Source: Schizochytrium sp. TIO01
Taxonomy: Eukaryota > Protista > Bigyra: Labyrinthulomycetes
Assembly: GCA_004764695.1 (NCBI GenBank)
Contig: SMSO01000004.1
Span: 930,001 to 994,000, forward strand
DNA length: 64,000 nucleotides
Direction of reading: 5' to 3'
Positions 56,864-64,000 of the stretch are shown here, in pieces (within the stretch, counting starts at the first letter, position 1; each line of letters starts with the position of its first letter). Under the pieces are notes generated by a model. That model was not told where the DNA came from. It saw only the letters and a list, made by a program, of their open reading frames with translations, and did not search any database. Made by a program: the position numbers and the translations under genes.

Positions 56864-57637
56864 TTAGCCGAGCATCTTCTGCTTCTTGCGCTCCTCAGCG
56901 GCGACGGCAGCAGCACGCTGGGCGAGCTTGTTCTGGGTGCGGAGACCCATGATACCACCGCCCCACTTCTTAAGCGCGTCCTTGTTGTTGTTGAACTGGG
57001 CGCGGCAGACGTCCTGGAGAGTGGCGAGCTTGGCGCTGTGCTCTGCGTCAACCTCGGTGAGGGCAAGGCAGGTGGCGTTGCGCTGGTGCACGAGAGCTCC
57101 AAGGCGGCCCTTGTTGTTCACGATGCAGTAGGGGATGTCCATCTTGCGGCAGAGAGCGGGCATCCAGACGACGAGCTCGAGGGGGGTGACATCAGCAGCG
57201 ATGATGACGAGCTTGGCCTTCTTCTCCTCAATGAGGGTGGTCACGTGGTGGAGACCGAACTTGATCACGGGGCCGGGCTTGGTGGAGGCCTCAGCGTTTC
57301 CAGCGGCCTTCTTCTCAGCGGTGGCCTTAAGACGGTCCTTCTTCTCCTTCTTGGTCTCCGGGCGGTAAGAGGCGAGCACCTTGAAGAGCTCAACAGCGTG
57401 GTTCTTCTCGAGGGTGTTGTTGAACTGAGCGATGCTAGGGGGGACCTTAAGACGCTTCATGAGGATGGCGCGCTGGCGCTGGAGGCGCACGTACGCGGGC
57501 CACTTGACATAGCGGCCGAGATCGCGCTTGGTCGGGAGGATGTCCTGGCCGATGCGGAAGGACTTAGGCCGCTTGGGGAAGAGCGGGTCCTCCTTGGCCA
57601 CCTTGCTGCTCTTCTTCGTCTCCTTGCGAGCCACCAT
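56864..57637 (-). CDS. RPL7A: 60S ribosomal protein L7a (eL8)
   Basis: PLFPKRPKSFRIGQDILP..RDLGRYVKWPAYVRLQRQRAIL..RLKVPPSIAQF; KWGGGIMG; strong GC3 codon bias. Confidence 0.98.
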   Translation of the reverse strand: MVARKETKKSSKVAKEDPLFPKRPKSFRIGQDILPTKRDLGRYVKWPAYVRLQRQRAILMKRLKVPPSIAQFNNTLEKNHAVELFKVLASYRPETKKEKKDRLKATAEKKAAGNAEASTKPGPVIKFGLHHVTTLIEEKKAKLVIIAADVTPLELVVWMPALCRKMDIPYCIVNNKGRLGALVHQRNATCLALTEVDAEHSAKLATLQDVCRAQFNNNKDALKKWGGGIMGLRTQNKLAQRAAAVAAEERKKQKMLG

Positions 57638-57739
57638 TGTGCCGAGCGATACGCCGCTGCTGCTGCTGCGTCTGCTGCTGCTGCGTCGTCTGCTTCTGCG
57701 ACTGCGATTCTGCTACTCTGCCGCACCGATCGACTGCTT

Positions 57740-58134
57740 CTGAGGCCAATAAGTACCCACTAGCACTCCCTAAGCACCCAATAGGATCTACGGTTCACTC
57801 ATCCAATCGCTAATGCCCCCATAATACTCTATTCACCCACATGGGTGCCGACCTCCTACCCTCTACTTAGCACTCCACTAGGCCTCCCTTTCCAGTCATT
57901 CTCCCTCTTCTCCGCCTTATTGTCTATGTCTTTCCAATCATTCATTCTCTCTTTCCACTCATTCCCCACGGAAAGAAAGAACGCGCTAGACCTGTACTAG
58001 CAGCAACTACAAGTACCGCCGCAGAGACGAGCACGGCGGGAGGAACGCACAATAATAGAACACCTTAAGCGAAGACCACCTTAAGCTCACGTAGGCCCAG
58101 CGGTAGGAGGCACTAGCGCGCGAGGGCCACTCAC
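57740..58134 (-). other. Possible 5'-UTR intron of RPL7A
   Basis: Minus-strand TCACTT Inr-like site at ~58154, GTGAGT donor at 58134, CCTCAG acceptor at 57740; the branch point is weak. Confidence 0.3.
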
Positions 58135-58642
58135 TTGGCCAAGGTGAGAAGTGAGAATAACCCACTGTAGAAGGAAATAGGTCACTGTAGAGGAGCAGAT
58201 AACTCTCTGGAGACAGAAATAGTCCATAGTAACAAGGGCGGTATAATCGACTTGCAGAGAAATGGAAAGTGCAGAACATAGAAAAGTACGGAACACTGAA
58301 AGGCGATAGGCGCCACACGATCGAGGAGGGAGAGGTCGATACCTTACCACCTTAATGATACCTCCATAGAAACAAGCGAATTAATGTTGTATGCAATAGG
58401 GATGAATGCAAAGGATGCGGTTGAACTCACCTTAATGGAGACCATGGAAGCCCCCCAGGATAAAGTTCACTGTATACACCCACCCCTCAAAATGCGTACA
58501 TATCTGATCGATTCAGGACAACCCAATCAATGCCCCCCTTTAGGACTCTTTGTGTGTCATACATTCCCTGGGTTCCCTATATTAAAATGTCAATATTACC
58601 GGACTTAGAAAGAACAAGGTAAAATATTGGGTTCTTGGAAAA

Positions 58643-58660
58643 CTAGGGTTTAAACCCTAG
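58643..58660. promoter_or_regulatory. Palindromic double telo-box CTAGGGTTTAAACCCTAG
   Basis: Perfect 18-bp palindrome between the divergent RPL7A and PSMA5 genes. Confidence 0.5.
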
Positions 58661-60139
58661 GAATTAACATGTATAGCGTGCGGGTATAACCAGACCAAAA
58701 TTTAGCCTGGTTACAAGACCAGAGGTCAATCCAATTTGACAGTGCGACAATTACAGAAACAAGAATAAAAAGCAATAGCAGTCGGTGGCGCGCGAGCAGC
58801 CCTTAGGTGGAGTGAAGCTTCGTGGGGAACATGGGGACTTTTCCTTCTCGAGTGAGCGAGCAAAAGTAAAGAGGTTTGTCTTCAGCCTGACCGTATTTAA
58901 GGATAATCAAATACCTTGCTGTGGATTCCATTCAGGGAACTGAGAAGCAGAAGTTTAAGACTGTTAGGTCAGGAGAAGTGGGTTTAAATTGGCTTTGTTG
59001 ACCCTTTTCAAGCCACCATGGGATGTGGGAATGCATGCTTCAATCCGGCTGGAGCTATTTTACTGCCGTCTCTGCATCAAAACTGAGCGAAGGAGAAAGA
59101 ACTCCGCTTTTCTCTTTTTAAGAATTCTTTCTGTCACGGTTCGAAGTTATTATTATAATTGATTTTATCAATTATTTTAATTTTCGAAAAGTAGTATTCA
59201 CATCATTCTGCAGAATCTGAAGAACAACAAAACCCAAGTCTGACTTGCATTCTCAATAAGTTTAGGCCCTTCTTTCAAATGATAGAGATGGATCCGAGAG
59301 GACTGCGTAGATTTTCGCATTGTCCATTGATTTCGAAATGATAACGAGAAAAGAGCACATTTCATCAACAGCAGTAGCAACGGCATGCAACTAGATATGA
59401 ATGATAAGGCGAGATTTGCTGCTGTTCAGGTTGTCAGGGATTTATCACGAGATAAACTGACAATGTTACAATATCGATTGCACAGCGCTTCTTGGGTACT
59501 GCTGACCGGATTGGTTGTCAAGTAGCCTCAGTAAATTCTTATTTGGTTTGGTCGTTGCACAGGTCTCGAAGCTGGCTGTCACCTGAAGGAATGCCTCATT
59601 CCATTCTGAGAACTTTCATTTTCATTCAGTTTTTGTTTTGTTTACCAAAATGAAATAAAAATTGTAATCGATCGATTCCTTCTGCTTCTCTCTTTATTAT
59701 GTATGTAAATATAGCTAGCTGGTGGGAGTACTAGTTAGTCATAGGTAAGGTTAAGAGTATCTGTTATCAAAGAAGAGATGTTCTTTCTGCTTCTTATGAC
59801 AAGAGACATCATCATCTTTCAAGGAGAAGGAGAAGAAGATCGCCGCGATATATAGATCCAGATCATCTACTGTGGCGACAGCGGCGACGAATCGAGCGAC
59901 GTGGAGCGTACTTGTCCGGGCTTAGCGAAGCCTTGACCTTTCCTCTCTGTCCTTTACAGTATCTTATCAACCTACGTGGCTGGTTGAGTGTTTGAGCAAG
60001 GAGGGTTCATCCATTCTCGCTAACGTTTAGAGTTTTTGTTGTTGCTGATCTCGTCTTCGAGGTTCGCCACATTCTACTCTCTTGAGAACCAACACGTGTT
60101 TAGGAAACCTAATAAGCTCAGAAGCAAACAAAAGAGAAA

Positions 60140-60877
60140 ATGTTCGCAACTCGCACCGAGTACGATCGTGGTGTCAACACCTTCTCACCGGATGGCCGCC
60201 TCTTTCAGATTGAGTACTCATTACAGGCCGTCAACATGGGATCCACTTCACTCGGCGTCTGCACCAAAGAAGGTGTCGTGCTTGCTGTTGAGAAGAAGCT
60301 CACCTCTCCTCTTGTTGAGGCTGATAGTGTCGAAAAGATCATGGAGATTGACTACCACATGGGCGCTGCCATGAGTGGTCTTGTTGCTGATGCCCGCACC
60401 CTCGTCGAAAAGGCTCGCATGGAGGCCCAGAACCACCTCTTCACATACAACCACCCGATCCGTGTGCAGTCTACTGCCCAGGCTGTCAGTGACGTCGCCA
60501 TTGGCTTCGGTAAGGGTGATGACGTTCCCTCCCGCCCCTTCGGTGTTGCACTCCTTCTTGCCGGAGTCGATGAACGCGGACCTCAGCTCTTCTACACCGA
60601 CCCCAGTGGATCTTTCTCCAAGTGGGAGGCCAAGGCCATCGGCTCTGGTGCACAGGGTGCCACTAACGCTCTTCAGGAGGAGTACAATCCCAACATGTCG
60701 CTTGATGACGGCCTCGAGCTTTGTCTTAAGATTCTTAAGCAGGTCATGGAGGAGAAGATCGAGGTCAAGAATGTCGAGGTTGCTGTTGTTACCAAGCAGG
60801 ACGGCTTCAAGGTTATTGGCGAGGAGCAGCTCAGTGAGCTCATCGCGCGTGTCTTGGTCTCATCCACCAACCTTTAA
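60140..60877 (+). CDS. PSMA5: 20S proteasome subunit alpha type-5
   Basis: MFATRTEYDRGVNTFSPDGRLFQIEY, SRPFGVALL, AKAIGSG, ILKQVMEEK. Confidence 0.97.
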   Translation: MFATRTEYDRGVNTFSPDGRLFQIEYSLQAVNMGSTSLGVCTKEGVVLAVEKKLTSPLVEADSVEKIMEIDYHMGAAMSGLVADARTLVEKARMEAQNHLFTYNHPIRVQSTAQAVSDVAIGFGKGDDVPSRPFGVALLLAGVDERGPQLFYTDPSGSFSKWEAKAIGSGAQGATNALQEEYNPNMSLDDGLELCLKILKQVMEEKIEVKNVEVAVVTKQDGFKVIGEEQLSELIARVLVSSTNL

Positions 60878-61699
60878 GCTACCCCAAGCCGCCCTTCTCT
60901 CTATGCATTGATGATTGTTACACACAAAGCTTTCCTTATTTTGTTCTCTTCTTTGTTCGAATGTTACTCTCGCCATCTCTTTAAGGAACGACGAAACATG
61001 GAAACCTCCTTCGCCTCTCTCTCTCCCTGCATTCTTAACAGGGCCATGACAACGTTGTTTTTGTCATTATTGAAGAGCAATGAGGCATATCGAGAGGACA
61101 TCGTAGCAATCACAATAATTCCTTTGCGAACACTCGCAGCATCTTTCCCTCCCTAGGAGAAAGAAAAGAGAAAAAAGTTCATTCGCGACGCCGACGTTTC
61201 TCCTTCTCATACCAGGGAAAGATTGATTGTTTTCCATTCAAACCTACTACTACCACACTTCTTTTTACCCCAACTACTTCTCCTACATGCATAATTCTAA
61301 CCTAAACAGAAAAGAATACACAGACAATTGTTTGTCTTTTTCAACATGTTTCAACATGTTCTGTAGAGACCCTTGTTCCCTTAAGGCAGTTTTGCAGGTA
61401 TGTTATCAGCGCGTGCTTCTTGTTGTGTCTCTTAGTTGACAGAAGAACGAATATTTCGAAGCTCATTTATACTTAAATGGCACGCTTTTAAATCTTTAGT
61501 TCAACAACAGCCCTATCTTGTCCTTTCTTTTTCCTGTAAATGCCTTCTCTTAAACAACTTGCACCTGACCCTGTAAATGAAACCATCGTGAATTATAGTA
61601 CTTGCTTGAGAAAGGTATTATTCCAGTCAACAGAACACAATAACTAAGACCTCACAAAAATACTACTCATGTATGCGAACCCATGTCTACTACTTAGAT

Positions 61700-62466
61700 C
61701 AGCACTTTAAAGTGTCGACAAATATTCAATACATCTTCACATTGGACATATCGAACCAAAAGAGGAATCTATTATCACGGATTAGCATCTCTTCCGTCCT
61801 GGGGGATCTTCAACAAGTAAACGATATGGAATATGCATACTAGAGAAACGTGATGACATTTACAGCGAACCAAATATTCTCAATGAGTTCTAATCATGAA
61901 CAATGTAAATAACTCATCACCATGCATTAATTATCATTTATTTTTCGATTCACTGATCTCAGCTGGAAGAGCAGCAAGGAGAATCAGAGATCATGAACCG
62001 TTGTTGCAGAGTCGCTTAACTAAGAGAAATAGTGAATTAAAATATGCATACGTAAACATTCATGTACGAATCAACACTCAGAGCAGCAATAAACAAGACT
62101 TTTCTTTCCTTTTCCTTTCAAATGGATTAAAACTATTGATGAGACCTAGAGAATAAAAAATGTGAAATGCCAGAACGTAAAAGGTTTATCGGTTCTTCTG
62201 AATTTCAAAGTTGTAAATTAGGAAAGTTCATAAAAGTTAGCACGCAATCGATAAAATAGAGAATTCATAACTTAATGAATATGTAAACATTTATATCAAT
62301 GTCTCAATACAAGGTGTCTCTTGAGAGCCTTACAAAAACAATCGGCCCCATGCATCTCGAAATTGCAAAGATTAAAGAGAACATTGGGGGTATACTCCAG
62401 GAGCAGGGTAATAAAGATGATGCTCTCCAGTGCTCAAAATTTTCTGGGCGAGAATCGGAAAGATAG
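61700..62466 (+). pseudogene. Decayed TPR-repeat gene (kinesin-light-chain/TPR_12-type repeats)
   Basis: 62299-62466 encodes YKVSLESLTKTIGPMHLEIAKIKENIGGILQEQGNKDDALQC. Further fragments (VVAESLN* at 62000, ISSVLGDLQQ at ~61790) are broken by stops and frameshifts. The 5' boundary is approximate. Confidence 0.55.
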
Positions 62467-63334
62467 AAGAGTTAAAAGGAAAATACCACATAACATGCTG
62501 CTGTTGAATGATTTGCTCAGGATTAACAGATTTTTACTACTATTTCACCTTCAGAATGATTTAGAATCAATTGATGGCCTCATGGTTAGATTTGATTAAT
62601 AGACAGCGTTCGTAATTTTGATCCACAGCACTCAAAGATATATCTCAAACAAACAGAGGATTGTAATTCAGGAAGAAAAAACCAAGTGAAAAGTTAAGTC
62701 ACATCAGTGGAGGTATAGGATTTAGTTTTTTTTTTTAAATCTTCAAGTTTAAAAAATTCCGGCTTAGTTGCTCATTTAATGAAAAATCCCGTCAGTAACA
62801 AGCGACATTCGTACAAATAAGTCCGTTTTGATTTTATTTTTTAAATTGAAATCGTAGGTTGGTTGTAGTTTGTAGTTGCTTAGGTGGCGTGAAGAGGTAA
62901 TCAGAATAGATGTTACTTGCTGCGCGTAGACCCTTTGACCCAAGGGCAGCGCGATCGTGACGATGGGCGTATAGGCCACTTAGCAAAGAACTAACGTTGC
63001 ATTCGTGGACATGCTCATCTTAAGCACAGTTCGCGATATTCGCAAACAGCCTTCAACGCACAAAAAAAGGCAAAGTGGTGATGAGGATTCAGGACTGGTA
63101 ATAATTGGCATGGATGTTGCTTTAGGTAGTGTGTATAGGTAATTTGAGAAAAATGAGGGGCTGGATGACATCAGAAAAAACAAGACTTCCAAGCCTCTAT
63201 GCACGTGAGCATATAGGGCGCCCAATGCTGTAGGCAAGCTCAAGTGCCTTGCTTGCAGCTCCACGCGCATTGACTAGCTTTTTCCAGGCCGAGCAAAATA
63301 AAGCCTCAGCCTGGCACAACTGTCTGTGAATTTT

Positions 63335-64000
63335 TTACTTTGTGATACTGTCAGCAGCACTGAAACGCTCTGCACGCTTACGCATCTTCTCTGCCTCTTC
63401 AGGTGAAACGACGGGTTGAGAAAATCTCTCAGCACGCTGCTTTTTCTTCTCTTCCTCCTCACGGGCAAGTTCCTGACGCTTACGTTTAGCTTCCTTGACT
63501 TTTTCGCGGCGTTCAATACGCTCGTGCTTCTTGACCTCGCGAATGAGATCAGGTGCAATGACCATGCCAAATCTCTCTGCACGCTTGCGCTTTTCTTCAA
63601 GGGCCTTGTGGTAGTTCACGCGGTCAAGCAACTCCTTAGCCTTACCTCCATCAACCTCTCCAAACCTCTGAGCCCTTTCTACAATTCGCTGCTCTTCCTC
63701 CGTAAGTTCGCCACCGTTCGTGAGCTTGGCCAGGTCATTCACACCAACCTTGCCACGCCTATTCTTTGCGGATTTATCAGCTCCGGAGTCCTCACTTGAG
63801 ATGCCGTTTGCAGCTGCGACTTTAGTCTCATCTGAAGATGGAGCTTCGCCGCCCAAAATATTAGACGCAGTGGAGCTTTCTGCGATCTTAGGCTCAACCT
63901 TCTTCGCGACGGGATCTTTGGCGATTTCCGCAGCTCGAGGCGCCGTTGCAGCTACTGCAGGCCTAGCCTTTACAGGCGAGGGCGCTGCGGCAGCAAGGTC
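63335..64000 (-). CDS. THO1/SARNP/MOS11-like mRNA export factor, 5' end outside the window
   Basis: Repeated (K/R)RAERF(G/S) motifs of the Tho1_MOS11 C-terminal type; the frame stays open to position 64000. Confidence 0.8.
   Translation of the reverse strand, partial: DLAAAAPSPVKARPAVAATAPRAAEIAKDPVAKKVEPKIAESSTASNILGGEAPSSDETKVAAANGISSEDSGADKSAKNRRGKVGVNDLAKLTNGGELTEEEQRIVERAQRFGEVDGGKAKELLDRVNYHKALEEKRKRAERFGMVIAPDLIREVKKHERIERREKVKEAKRKRQELAREEEEKKKQRAERFSQPVVSPEEAEKMRKRAERFSAADSITK

Noticed and set aside
56843-57763. 306-aa plus-strand ORF
   Set aside because: Antisense shadow of the codon-biased RPL7A.
57740-58134. Intronic snoRNA upstream of RPL7A
   Set aside because: No properly spaced C/D boxes or convincing H/ACA structure seen.
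59745-60030. Possible PSMA5 5'-UTR intron (AG|GTAAGG ... GCTAAC GTTTAG)
   Set aside because: Several alternative donors and acceptors exist; cannot be resolved without transcripts.

Overview
Eukaryotic, intron-poor, microsatellite-rich genomic DNA. The gene content and architecture suggest a stramenopile protist, most plausibly a thraustochytrid/labyrinthulomycete; this is an inference and not verified. About 17 protein-coding genes are supported: a PH-LIM protein, an RH39/DDX28-like DEAD-box helicase, COX20, a WD40 protein, otubain (two exons), an MFS transporter, a MORN/TM protein, GPR89, TM9SF3, an AP2 transcription factor, Der/EngA, a small coiled-coil protein, a degenerate sterol-oxidase-like membrane protein, an RHBDD1-like rhomboid, RPL7A, PSMA5 and a 5'-truncated THO1/MOS11-like gene. 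An ~18.5 kb gene-free, repeat-studded block (24.2-42.7 kb) lies upstream of the AP2 gene. The most notable observations are: (1) the PH-LIM protein carries a capping-protein-interaction (CPI)-like motif and what looks like a circularly permuted PH domain; (2) a sterol C4-methyl oxidase-like protein appears to have lost its His boxes (candidate pseudoenzyme); (3) two divergent perfect splice donors flank a TATA/Inr, and the 1.28 kb directly upstream of the AP2 start codon has no ATG; (4) a palindromic double telo-box lies upstream of RPL7A; (5) there are decayed gene relics, including a TPR pseudogene. No tRNA, rRNA, CRISPR array or intact transposon was seen. All family assignments come from motif recognition, not from database searches.
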